From: an uncultured Lachnospiraceae bacterium
GTDB lineage: Bacteria > Bacillota > Clostridia > TANB77 > CAG-508
Assembly (NCBI GenBank): GCA_964584475.1
Contig: CAZPAF010000001.1
Location: 22,094 to 86,093, forward strand
Reading direction: 5' to 3'
DNA: 64,000 nucleotides
The notes beneath the pieces were generated by a model. It was not told the origin of the DNA. It worked only from the letters and a program-made list of their open reading frames with translations, and made no database searches. How positions within the stretch are numbered: the stretch's first letter is position 1; each line of letters starts with the position of its first letter. This document shows, piece after piece, positions 38,615 through 48,296 of this stretch. The position numbers were made by a program, and so were the translations under genes.

Positions 38615-39080
38615 TCAATCCCTCCTTTTTAATTTTTTAGTTAAATATTTTTTGCTGCTATAATTTTTATCTATAATTATTTTAGGGGCATAAAATAAAC
38701 TATTTTTTGAATTAAATTTTGATTTTTAAAGATTGCAATCTTTGAATTTGGATTTTGCCAGGGGTAGGCAAGTTCAAAGCATAGCAAAAAACTATAATAG
38801 GTTTAACTATTATAAATATTCCGAGTTTGGGGGCAATCAAACTTTGGGATTTTTAATTTTGTAAATTTGGGAAATTTAAGTATTAGAACAATACTTAATT
38901 TTAGAATTTTAAATCTTAAAAAATTTAACAGTCAAAAAATATTTAACTTGGGTGAGATTATACAACCAGTTTTTTTGTTTGTAAATACTTTTTCTATTTT
39001 TTTATTTTCCATTTTTCGACAAATAGTTGTTTCTTCTTTATTTTTCAATACTTTGAGCGTTTTTAATTTTTTTTAAAAAT

Positions 39081-39119
39081 AAAAAACGAGGTAGCAAAAT
39101 CGCTCCTTTTCGCTACCTC
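39081..39119 (-). terminator. Rho-independent terminator after glgP
   Basis: gaggtagc...gctacctc stem followed on the minus strand by GTTTTTTATTTTT. Confidence 0.7.
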
Positions 39120-39125
39120 TAATCA

Positions 39126-41687
39126 TTATTTAGTTATCCATTTTATCAAATCTAAGTTTTCAGAATCTACTAACATTTTATGTTTTGGCATAGCTCTGAA
39201 TGTATATCCAAAGTTTCCTCCAGATTTTAAATCTAATGTTGCTTCATAAGTATATTTATGTTCTTCTTTATTTTCTGCAATCTTATTCATTGTCATTGTA
39301 TAAACATTTCTTACAGTTCCATTATTTAAGAATTGTCCGAAATAAACTTGAATATCTGCATTTTCTTCTTCTATATTTGGAAGATATACTTCACAGTTTA
39401 CTGTTATTTGTGTTCCAGCAACTAATCTTGCATTATCAACGTTTCTATCTTGAACTAATTTAATTTTTGACCAATTGTTTCTTACTTTTTTCTTCCATTC
39501 TGTAAATTCTGCAACATTTTGTAATTCATCAAAATATTCTTTTTTCAAATTACAAAGTGGCATATATAAATCATTTACATAATCTGAAACCATTCTTGAA
39601 GTACTATATTTTCCACCAGTAGATTTGATAGAATTTTTCATATATGACATCCATTCTTTTGAAATTCCATCTTTATCTTGGTTATAGTAGGCAGGAATAA
39701 TTTTATTTTCTAATGTATGATATAAACTATTGCTATCTGCTTTGTCTTGTTCCTCATAAGAATCATATTGTGCATTAGTTCCTATTGTCCAACCATTTAC
39801 TCCGTTATATCCTTCGCACCACCAACCATCTAGAACACTAAAGTTTACTACACCATTTACTGATGCTTTCTCTCCTGATGTTCCTGAAGCTTCCATTGGT
39901 CTTCTTGGATTGTTTAGCCAAACATCAACACCACTAATTAAATATCTTGAAATTCCAATATTATAGTTTTCTAATATAAATATTTTTCCTTTAAATTGTG
40001 GCATTAAAGATATTTCATGAATTGTTTTAATTAATTCTTGACCATCTTTGTCTGCTGGGTGAGCTTTTCCTGCAAATACGATTTGAACAGGTCTTTTTTC
40101 ATCATTTAGAATTTGAGTTAATCTTGCAATATCTTTAAATAATAATGTTGCTCTTTTATATGTTGCAAATCTTCTTGCAAATCCTATTGTTAAGGCTCTT
40201 GGATTTAATTTATTTACTATTTCAGATATTTGATCGTATCCAATTCCACTATTTACATATCTGTTTGTAACATTTTGTTTTATTAATTTTATTAATTTTT
40301 CTTTTCTTTCAATATGTGCATTCCATAATTTTTGATCTGGAATATTATCAATTTTTTCCCAAGTAGAATCTACTTGAATATTATCTTGCCAGTATGGTGG
40401 CAAATATTCATTAAATAATTCTTTTAAATTTGGAGCAAGCCATGTGCATGTATGAATTCCGTTTGTTACATGAGTAATTGGAGATTCGTCTTCAGCTATA
40501 TTTGGCCATACTTCTGCAAATAATTCTCTTGAAACTTCACCATGTAATTTACTTACACCATTTTTCTTACCAGCAATTTTTAACGCAAGAATTCCCATAT
40601 TAAATCCTGGTTCTAATTCATTTCCTGGCATACCTAATTTTAAGAATTGTTCTTTTGAAATTCCTAATTTATCCCAATATCCATCAAAATATTTTTCAAC
40701 TAAAGATACATCAAATATATCATTTCCAGCTGGTACTGGTGTATGTGTTGTAAATACTGTTTGAACTGTTGCTATTTCTCTAGCCATTTCAAAAGATATT
40801 TGTTTTTCATCCATTATATTTTTAATTAATTCTAATGTTAAGAAAGATGAGTGTCCTTCATTCATATGGTATACTGTTGGATTATAATCTAAAGCTTTTA
40901 ATGCTTTAACTCCAGCCATACCTAAAACGATTTCTTGACGGATTCTCATTTCTTTATCTCCACCATATAGACGAAGAGTAATTCCTCTGAATTCTTCACA
41001 GTTTTGTTCAATATCAGAATCCATTAAGTATAGTTTTATTCTTCCAACATTAATTTGCCATAATTTTAAATATAATGTTTTATCTTCTAGTGGTATATCA
41101 ATTATTACATCATCACCTATTTTATCTTTTACTGGTAATATAGGTAAATTATATAAATCTATATTATAATACTCAGAACATTGTTCACCACGAGAATTAA
41201 TTCTTTGATGGAAATATCCATTTTTATATAATAAACCAACAGCAACAAATGGTAAGCCTAAATCACTTGCTGATTTTAAATGATCTCCAGATAATATTCC
41301 AAGTCCTCCAGAATATATTGGAACAATTTCATCTAATCCATATTCTGCTGAGAAATATGCTATTAAATCTTTTGAATTATTTGGATAATTTTTTGTAAAC
41401 CAAGTATTTTTGCTATTCATATAATTTTCGTAGTTTTCTACTACTCTATCATATTTTTTCAAAAATTCTTGATCATTAATGATTCTTTCAATTCTTTCTT
41501 GACTAATCATTTTCAAAAATTTTACTGGATTTTTTTCGCTAACTTCCCATAAATCTGGATCCATAACTTCAAATAATCTTAAGTATTCTGTATTCCAAGA
41601 CCACCATAAATTATTTGCAATTTCAGATAATTTGTTAATTCTTTGTGGTAATTGAGGTACTACTGTAACTCTATTGAATATATACAT
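39126..41687 (-). CDS. glgP: Alpha-glucan (glycogen/maltodextrin) phosphorylase, GT35
   Basis: 853 aa. EASGTSGEKA (PLP-lysine block), GGLGILSGDHLKSASD, FARRFATYKR. Confidence 0.9.
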   Translation of the reverse strand: MYIFNRVTVVPQLPQRINKLSEIANNLWWSWNTEYLRLFEVMDPDLWEVSEKNPVKFLKMISQERIERIINDQEFLKKYDRVVENYENYMNSKNTWFTKNYPNNSKDLIAYFSAEYGLDEIVPIYSGGLGILSGDHLKSASDLGLPFVAVGLLYKNGYFHQRINSRGEQCSEYYNIDLYNLPILPVKDKIGDDVIIDIPLEDKTLYLKLWQINVGRIKLYLMDSDIEQNCEEFRGITLRLYGGDKEMRIRQEIVLGMAGVKALKALDYNPTVYHMNEGHSSFLTLELIKNIMDEKQISFEMAREIATVQTVFTTHTPVPAGNDIFDVSLVEKYFDGYWDKLGISKEQFLKLGMPGNELEPGFNMGILALKIAGKKNGVSKLHGEVSRELFAEVWPNIAEDESPITHVTNGIHTCTWLAPNLKELFNEYLPPYWQDNIQVDSTWEKIDNIPDQKLWNAHIERKEKLIKLIKQNVTNRYVNSGIGYDQISEIVNKLNPRALTIGFARRFATYKRATLLFKDIARLTQILNDEKRPVQIVFAGKAHPADKDGQELIKTIHEISLMPQFKGKIFILENYNIGISRYLISGVDVWLNNPRRPMEASGTSGEKASVNGVVNFSVLDGWWCEGYNGVNGWTIGTNAQYDSYEEQDKADSNSLYHTLENKIIPAYYNQDKDGISKEWMSYMKNSIKSTGGKYSTSRMVSDYVNDLYMPLCNLKKEYFDELQNVAEFTEWKKKVRNNWSKIKLVQDRNVDNARLVAGTQITVNCEVYLPNIEEENADIQVYFGQFLNNGTVRNVYTMTMNKIAENKEEHKYTYEATLDLKSGGNFGYTFRAMPKHKMLVDSENLDLIKWITK

Positions 41688-41939
41688 TTATATATCCTCC
41701 TTTGTATTTTTTAATTTATTTCCTTAGTTTTCCATAGTAATAATTATCTATTAAAATATATTTTTTGTCAATTGTTTTAATGATTAAATTTAAGTAACAA
41801 ACATTGTTTTTTTCTTATATTTTTTATCGTCTTTCTATTATTACATTTTAATTACATTTTGATTATCTTTGAGTTACTTTTGCTACTTTAATTTTCCTAT
41901 ATATTATAATAAAAGTATATTATTGGAGGAATATATAAA

Positions 41940-43646
41940 ATGAAATTAGATAATGAACAAAAAGTATTGCTTTGCCAAAAAGCATTATATGCAAAACAAT
42001 TAGTTGCTTATGCAAATTTATGTCAAGTTTATAAAACACTTGCAGAAGAAATAAAACAAGACAATATGCAAAATGCATCTTCAGAAGTTTTAGCAGCTCA
42101 TGTACAAAAATACTATGGACCATTTCTTGCCCAAGCTGCGCAAGGTGATTTATCTTTTATAGAACAAGAAGATGGACCAATTTTTAATAAAGTAGAGCAA
42201 GATGCTTTCATTTCTTTTGCAAAACATTCAATGAGATTAGAATATTTTAGAGAAGCAGCTGAAGTATTATTTGGTGCAACACATATAAAAGGTAAAGATG
42301 GATCAGTGTCTTTTTCCATTAATGAAAAAAAGATGGATAAATTTGATGCATTTTTAAATCCACCAAAAGAATTATTTTCAGAAAAAGAAAATATTTTTTT
42401 TGATGAGACTGGTAGAACTTTTGGTAAAATGATTGCTGAAAATCCAAAAAGATGGATTGGACATAAGTATTATAAAGTAGCAACAAATGCTTTAAAGGTT
42501 ATTAATGAAGTTGATTCAAATCATATCTCATCTTTAAATACCAAAAACGTTTCTCTTTCTCCAAAATCTTTTGGTGCAACAATTACAGGAGCTAGAGGAA
42601 ATATTACTCCAATTAGAGAATTTACTTCTCCAAGACAAGAATTTAGAAATGAAATAAAGAATTCTTATACAGATAGTGAACATTCAAAATATAGCCAACC
42701 TGTTTCTCATTTAGAAGATTTTGGTGCTAGAATGTATGGCGTTGGTCATAATGTAAAAGAAAAAGCAAAAGCTACATATACTGCTCACAAAGGTACTTTG
42801 AAAAAAGCATTAAAACTAGCAGGAAAAATAACTGCTACACTTGGTGTGGTTGTTTTTTTATCTAAAGGCATTCAAGCGGGAATTGATGCACATACTCTTA
42901 ATCAATTATCAGCTGATACAAATGCAGAACAAGGTTATCACGTTGTTGTAACACAAGATACTTTAGATAGATTAAACAATATTGATTTAATGATTGATGA
43001 AGTTGAAAATTCAACTAGTATACCTTCTACTCAACAATTATATGGTATTAGAGATGAATTAGATGAAGCTATAGATTTAGTTGTTGAAGATTTAGTCAGA
43101 GAAAGTTTCGAAGAAAAATATCCAAACTTATCAGTTCAAGAAGTTGAAACTCACTATGATAAATCACATGCTGACGAGCGTGATGGTAGAGATGGAAATT
43201 ATATTTATATAACTTGCCAAGATAAATATGGAAAAGAATATAAATATACAGTAACTCATTTCACTTCTCAAGGTGAAAATAGAACAGATCAATCATTTGA
43301 TAATGAATATGATTTAGATCATGTAATTCCTGGAGAAATTGCTGATACAGCCAGTGGTCCATACAAAGAAAGAACAGAATCTGTTGGAGAGCTTATTACA
43401 AGATTTAAAGAAATATTACAAGACACAAAAGATTTTGCTGGAGTAGCAGGATCAATTGATATTCCTCAAGCAGAATATGATAACGCCAAAGTTGTTGACA
43501 AAGAAACTATTGTTCAACGTTTAAAAGTAATACTTTCTAAATATGATATTAAGCCAAGCGAGTTTAGATTAGTAGCTACAGAAAAAATCCAAAATGCAGA
43601 AACTAATACTCCTATAATTGATTCAGCAGAACATGATGATAGATAA
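41940..43646 (+). CDS. Hypothetical 568-aa protein with a single central TM segment
   Basis: GGAGG RBS. Balanced amino-acid composition. TM ITATLGVVVFLSKGIQAGI near residue 295. No recognisable motif. Confidence 0.6.
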   Translation: MKLDNEQKVLLCQKALYAKQLVAYANLCQVYKTLAEEIKQDNMQNASSEVLAAHVQKYYGPFLAQAAQGDLSFIEQEDGPIFNKVEQDAFISFAKHSMRLEYFREAAEVLFGATHIKGKDGSVSFSINEKKMDKFDAFLNPPKELFSEKENIFFDETGRTFGKMIAENPKRWIGHKYYKVATNALKVINEVDSNHISSLNTKNVSLSPKSFGATITGARGNITPIREFTSPRQEFRNEIKNSYTDSEHSKYSQPVSHLEDFGARMYGVGHNVKEKAKATYTAHKGTLKKALKLAGKITATLGVVVFLSKGIQAGIDAHTLNQLSADTNAEQGYHVVVTQDTLDRLNNIDLMIDEVENSTSIPSTQQLYGIRDELDEAIDLVVEDLVRESFEEKYPNLSVQEVETHYDKSHADERDGRDGNYIYITCQDKYGKEYKYTVTHFTSQGENRTDQSFDNEYDLDHVIPGEIADTASGPYKERTESVGELITRFKEILQDTKDFAGVAGSIDIPQAEYDNAKVVDKETIVQRLKVILSKYDIKPSEFRLVATEKIQNAETNTPIIDSAEHDDR

Positions 43647-43656
43647 TTAATATAAA

Positions 43657-43686
43657 ACAAAAAGAAGGCTACAAGCCTTCTTTTTG
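43657..43686. terminator. Bidirectional terminator between convergent genes
   Basis: gaaggct-aca-agccttc hairpin flanked by an A-run and a T-run. Confidence 0.65.
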
Positions 43687-43744
43687 TTCTTTTTTCCTTT
43701 TATTGTTTAATGTTTGTTTATATTTTCATTTTTTTATTTTTAAA

Positions 43745-44137
43745 TTAAAACTCAAACGCATAAGGTAATAATTCTTCCATTGTATACTCTTCCACCTTAT
43801 TTCCATACACTGTATATATTTTAAAATCTTTATCTACAAATTCACTCATAAATTGTCTACAATAACCACATGGCAAACATCTTTCAGCATCTTTATCTTT
43901 TGGACCACCAATAATTACAATTCTATCAAATTCATGCTCTCCTTCTGAAATCGCTTTTAAGAAAGCAACTCTTTCTGCACAATAACTTTGAATTCCATGA
44001 TTTTGAATATTACATCCGGTATATCTTTTTCCATTTTTTGCCATTAAAACGGCACCAACTGTAAATTCTGTATATGGAACATACGCTCTTTTTCTAGCAT
44101 TATTTGCTAATCTAATATCATCAGTTAAATCAATCAT
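43745..44137 (-). CDS. cdd: Cytidine deaminase
   Basis: CAERVA and CLPCGYCRQF zinc-binding motifs; 130 aa. Confidence 0.9.
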   Translation of the reverse strand: MIDLTDDIRLANNARKRAYVPYTEFTVGAVLMAKNGKRYTGCNIQNHGIQSYCAERVAFLKAISEGEHEFDRIVIIGGPKDKDAERCLPCGYCRQFMSEFVDKDFKIYTVYGNKVEEYTMEELLPYAFEF

Positions 44138-44151
44138 ATTATCCTCCCATT

Positions 44152-44946
44152 TTATTTATATTTTCTCATATTTAATAAATATCTACCACTTCTAGTTTCT
44201 TTTTCAATTCCGTCAAATATAAATTTTCCTTTTCCTCTAATTGTAATTATATCATTAATGTTTATTTTTTTTGAAGCTTTAAATTCATTTATTGAATTTA
44301 CAAATACTCTTCCTTCATTTATTATTTCTTCACTATTATTTCTAGAACAATTTGCAAGTTCTGCCACAAAATTATCTAGTCTTATTGAAGAAACAATAAT
44401 ATTAACATCTTCAAATTCATTTTCCATTTGAGATAATTCATTTATATTTTCAACAGTTATTTCTGATTTTCTAAATCTCGTTAAAGTCTTTAAGTCATTT
44501 GATAGAATATTTGAAATTTCAGATAAAACGATTATATCTGCTCCAAAATCAGTGACTATTATATCTCCAAATTTTTCTCTTACAATTCCAAGTTTCATTA
44601 TTCCACTTAAAAATTCTCTATGTTCATATTTTATATTATTCGGCAGTTTTATTCTTATTACTTTAAATATTTTTTCAAAGTTTTTCTCTACCATCTCTTT
44701 AGAAAATTTCTCTGGATAAAATATAACGAGACTTCTATCAGATTCTTCTTTCCCACCATAAATTATATAATTTTGAATCTTTTCTTCTTTTAAAACATTT
44801 TTTACAACAGAAATTTCTGAAATATTTAGAAAATCTGTATATGTAATTTTATTTTTTGTTTTAGAAAATTCATATTTATCAATTACTTTTGCTACTAACA
44901 ACTTGTACTGACTATTTTTATATTTTTCTCTTGAGAGTTCAAACAT
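44152..44946 (-). CDS. YlmH-like RNA-binding protein with C-terminal S4 domain
   Basis: 264 aa. The C-terminal RLDNFVAELANCSRNNSEEIINEGRVFVNS is S4-like. Overall YlmH-like layout. Confidence 0.65.
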   Translation of the reverse strand: MFELSREKYKNSQYKLLVAKVIDKYEFSKTKNKITYTDFLNISEISVVKNVLKEEKIQNYIIYGGKEESDRSLVIFYPEKFSKEMVEKNFEKIFKVIRIKLPNNIKYEHREFLSGIMKLGIVREKFGDIIVTDFGADIIVLSEISNILSNDLKTLTRFRKSEITVENINELSQMENEFEDVNIIVSSIRLDNFVAELANCSRNNSEEIINEGRVFVNSINEFKASKKININDIITIRGKGKFIFDGIEKETRSGRYLLNMRKYK

Positions 44947-46775
44947 TCTACTATGCTCCCTATATCTAATCCATATTTTTCTTCAATCTCATCTGTACTT
45001 CCGTGTTTTATAAATTCGTCAGGATATGCAAATTTTTCAAAATTAATATCTAATCTATTTTCAAAAATTAGTTCTTCTACTTTACTTCCCAAACCACCAA
45101 CAACAGTTCCATCTTCTATTGTAACAACTGTTTTTTTGTCTTTAATATTTTGCAAAATAGTCTCTTTATCAAATGGTTTTAAGAATCTAGCATTTATAAC
45201 TGTAACATCAGCACCAGATTTAGCCATTTCATCTGCAACATCTACTGCTCTTGCAACCATTTTTCCAATTGCAATTATTGCAATATCCTTTCCTTCTCTT
45301 AAAACTTCCGCTTTTCCTAAAACAATCTTTTCTGAAGATTCAAAAGATTTTTGTTCTCCACCACGAGGATATCTTATCATTACTGGTTTTTTCAAATCGA
45401 TTGCAAAACTTAGCATCTCTTCCAATTCATTAAAATCTTTAGGTGCCATAATATTGAAATTTGGAATTGTATTTGTAAAAGCTAAGTCTAAAAGTCCTTG
45501 ATGTGTTTCTCCATCATTTCCTACAATTCCAGCTCTATCTGCACAAATAACTACCGGCAAATTTTGTATTGCAACATCATGCACCAATTGATCATATGCT
45601 CTTTGAATAAAAGAAGAATATAGAGGTACCACCGGCACTAATCCAGCTTTTGCAAGTCCAGCAGCCATACCAACTGCATGTTGTTCTGCAATTCCTACAT
45701 CAAAAAACCTATCCGGATATTTTTTTGCAAATTCTGTAAGTCCTGTTCCGTCAGCCATTGCAGCTGTTATTGCTACTACTTTTTTATTTTCTTTTGCTAT
45801 TTCTACTAATTTATCTCCAAATACTTTTGAATAATCTTTTTTACCTTTTGATGCTTTTTCTCCAGTTTCTTTATTAAATTTAGAAGTACTATGGAACTTA
45901 TCTGGATTACTTTCTGCTGGCTTATATCCTTTTCCTTTTTTAGTTAAAACATGTATTAATATTGGTCCTTCTTGCTCTCTACAAATTTTGAATATATCTT
46001 CTAATTTTTCTAAATCATGACCATCAACAGGTCCTAAATATCTAAACCCAATATCTTCAAAATACATTTTTGGAATTACTAATTGTTTTATTCCTCTTTT
46101 AGTCCTTTGAACTAATTTTACAATTTTCTTTCCAACAACAGGAATTTTTCCTATAACTCTTTTTCCTTTAACACTTGTATTTACATACACACTTTTAGTT
46201 CTTAGTTTAGAAAGCATCATAGAAATTCCACCAACATTTTTAGAAATACTCATTTCATTATCATTAAGTATTACTATCATATTAGTATTACTACTTCCAA
46301 CATCATTTAAAGCCTCTAATGCCATCCCTCCAGTTAAAGCTCCATCGCCAATTACTGCTATCACTTTGTTATTTTCACCTTTTATGTCTCTGGCTCTTGC
46401 CATTCCAAGCCCAACTGATATTGAGGTACTACTATGACCAGTATTAAAATTATCATATACACTTTCGCAAGCCTTTGGAAATCCTGCAATTCCATCCATC
46501 TTTCTTAATGTTGATAATTTATTTTTTCTACCAGTTAAAATTTTATGTACATAACTTTGATGTCCAACATCCCAAATAATTTTATCTAGTGGTGTATTAA
46601 AAACAGAATGAAGAGCAATTGTAAGTTCAACAACACCTAAATTTGATGCAAGATGTCCTCCAGTTTCAGATACTGTATCTAAAATTTTTTCTCTTATTTC
46701 TTCTGCTAATATTTCTTTATCTTTTAAATTTAGAGGTTTTAAATCCTCAGGATAATTAATTTTTTCTAAAATCAT
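44895..46775 (-). CDS. dxs: 1-deoxy-D-xylulose-5-phosphate synthase
   Basis: GGHLASNLGVVELT, GDGALTGGMALEALN (ThDP motif), 626 aa. Confidence 0.95.
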   Translation of the reverse strand: MILEKINYPEDLKPLNLKDKEILAEEIREKILDTVSETGGHLASNLGVVELTIALHSVFNTPLDKIIWDVGHQSYVHKILTGRKNKLSTLRKMDGIAGFPKACESVYDNFNTGHSSTSISVGLGMARARDIKGENNKVIAVIGDGALTGGMALEALNDVGSSNTNMIVILNDNEMSISKNVGGISMMLSKLRTKSVYVNTSVKGKRVIGKIPVVGKKIVKLVQRTKRGIKQLVIPKMYFEDIGFRYLGPVDGHDLEKLEDIFKICREQEGPILIHVLTKKGKGYKPAESNPDKFHSTSKFNKETGEKASKGKKDYSKVFGDKLVEIAKENKKVVAITAAMADGTGLTEFAKKYPDRFFDVGIAEQHAVGMAAGLAKAGLVPVVPLYSSFIQRAYDQLVHDVAIQNLPVVICADRAGIVGNDGETHQGLLDLAFTNTIPNFNIMAPKDFNELEEMLSFAIDLKKPVMIRYPRGGEQKSFESSEKIVLGKAEVLREGKDIAIIAIGKMVARAVDVADEMAKSGADVTVINARFLKPFDKETILQNIKDKKTVVTIEDGTVVGGLGSKVEELIFENRLDINFEKFAYPDEFIKHGSTDEIEEKYGLDIGSIVECLNSQEKNIKIVSTSC

Positions 46776-46788
46776 TTTAAACTTCCTT

Positions 46789-47445
46789 TTAAACCATTAA
46801 TATAGCAAGTAATGAAGTTATTAATGGTACTGTTATATTATCTGTTCCTTTTATAGAATATGCTTCTATTATTGTCATTAATATTGCAACTAAAATTGAT
46901 TTTATAGCAATATATTCTGCATTGCTATATGTTAAAAATGCTAAAAATATTATTAAAGTAACACAAAACATTGCAAGAGAACCTGCAACTGTTTTTTTAT
47001 TTCCTTTTATAATAAATTCTTTACTTTTAACAGATTGTCCTATTACAGCTGCTAATCCATCTCCATATCCCATTACAAAAATACCACACAAACCTATTAT
47101 TGGATTATTTAAAGGACCAAAAGTTAAAATAGCCAAAATAAATAGTGATAGTGCATAATAAACAGTTCCTAAACTTTCCTTATTTTCGTCTTTATCATCT
47201 CTTTCCATTACTTTTATAATGCCTTTTTTATAAGACAAATAATTAACAACTACAAATAAAAGTGGTGTTGCAGCTGCCCAAAACATATTGTCAAAAAATA
47301 CCATAGCAATTATCCACCAATTTGATAACATTATATGTATATATTTTCTACTTGCTTCTTTTCCAGCCTTTTCAAAAACTTTTGCTGAGGCTATTATTAT
47401 TCCAACATATAAAATTGATACTATTATTCCAAATATATTATTCAT
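46789..47445 (-). CDS. Diacylglycerol/polyprenol kinase family (CTP-dependent, dolichol/phytol kinase-like) membrane protein
   Basis: Polytopic, with a MGYGDGLAAVIGQ block. The ATG at 47445 is preferred over the ORF-track TTG at 47475. Confidence 0.6.
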   Translation of the reverse strand: MNNIFGIIVSILYVGIIIASAKVFEKAGKEASRKYIHIMLSNWWIIAMVFFDNMFWAAATPLLFVVVNYLSYKKGIIKVMERDDKDENKESLGTVYYALSLFILAILTFGPLNNPIIGLCGIFVMGYGDGLAAVIGQSVKSKEFIIKGNKKTVAGSLAMFCVTLIIFLAFLTYSNAEYIAIKSILVAILMTIIEAYSIKGTDNITVPLITSLLAILMV

Positions 47446-47540
47446 TTTTTTCTCACATTTACTTTTTTTAGGCAAAATTATAATTATAATTTTTACTTTT
47501 GTTATTATATCAAAAAAAGTGCTTAATACAAAGCACTTTT

Positions 47541-48020
47541 TTATTTTTTCACATAATCTTCATAAACATTATTTTCTAACCATTTTTTGTTCTCTTCTAT
47601 ATTATCTCTTATAGTTGTCGCTCTTATTGGAACATTAATTCTTTCATTATCAACTCTTCTATCTACTAAGTTCATATATTTAGCAACACTTGCTCCATAT
47701 TTTTCACTACTATAAAAATGAGTTGGTTTTTCATTTTCCATAATTTTAGTTAAATATTCCATTTGGATTTTTACACTTTCCTCATCTAATCCATATTGTG
47801 ATGGCGGATTATGAGCAAATTTAATTTCTACATTTGGATATAACTCTTTTATCCATTTAGCTCTTTTTTCTATTTCTATATCAATTAAATCAGTATCATA
47901 TACAACAACAATCATTTTGTCCATCTCATTTAATGCTGTTTCAATTAAATATTGATGTCCTTTATGAAGTGGTGCAAATTTTCCGATTGTAAAACCAATT
48001 TTTTTATTTTCTTTTTCCAT
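47541..48020 (-). CDS. Nucleotidyltransferase of the NadR/NMNAT-like (H/T)xGH family
   Basis: GKFAPLHKGHQYLI (HxGH) and IRATTIRDN (ISxxxxR-like) motifs; 159 aa. Confidence 0.65.
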   Translation of the reverse strand: MEKENKKIGFTIGKFAPLHKGHQYLIETALNEMDKMIVVVYDTDLIDIEIEKRAKWIKELYPNVEIKFAHNPPSQYGLDEESVKIQMEYLTKIMENEKPTHFYSSEKYGASVAKYMNLVDRRVDNERINVPIRATTIRDNIEENKKWLENNVYEDYVKK

Positions 48021-48296
48021 TTTACCCTCTATTAATAAAATTCGTTAAAATTATACCATATTTTTAAGTTTTGTACCACAATAATTGATAAATAAATTAA
48101 TTAATTTAGTGATTGTATTTTTTTATATGTAATGATATAATTTTAAAATAAAATCAATGTAATATTTTTGTAATTTTATTTTAATATTTTGGTTATATTT
48201 TTACTAATTCTATATGTTATAATATATTTGTTAATTATATCTACAAAAGAAATATAAAATTACAATAGATAAAATGCTTTTAGGGGGCAAAATCAA

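Noticed and set aside
38867-39076. 69-aa plus-strand ORF in the long spacer upstream of the TasA-like gene
   Set aside because: It uses a TTG-type start without an SD, its composition is Phe/Asn/Ile-rich, and it runs into the glgP terminator. I treat it as non-coding regulatory DNA.
38615-39080. Possible c-di-GMP (GEMM-I/II) riboswitch controlling the matrix gene
   Set aside because: I could not find the conserved GEMM cores (for example ACGCACAGGGCAAACC or GCAAAGCC) on either strand. Only generic hairpins are present. This needs a covariance-model scan before any claim.
41920-42123. 67-aa minus-strand ORF overlapping the start of the 568-aa gene (and 42113-42319)
   Set aside because: It is antisense to a better-supported long ORF that has a GGAGG RBS. 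It has no SD and a hydrophobic junk-like composition.
44953-45501. 182-aa plus-strand ORF antisense to dxs (and the nested ORF at 45251-45433)
   Set aside because: It overlaps a highly conserved dxs coding region. The composition is low-complexity Ser/Phe/Ile, with no SD and no motifs.
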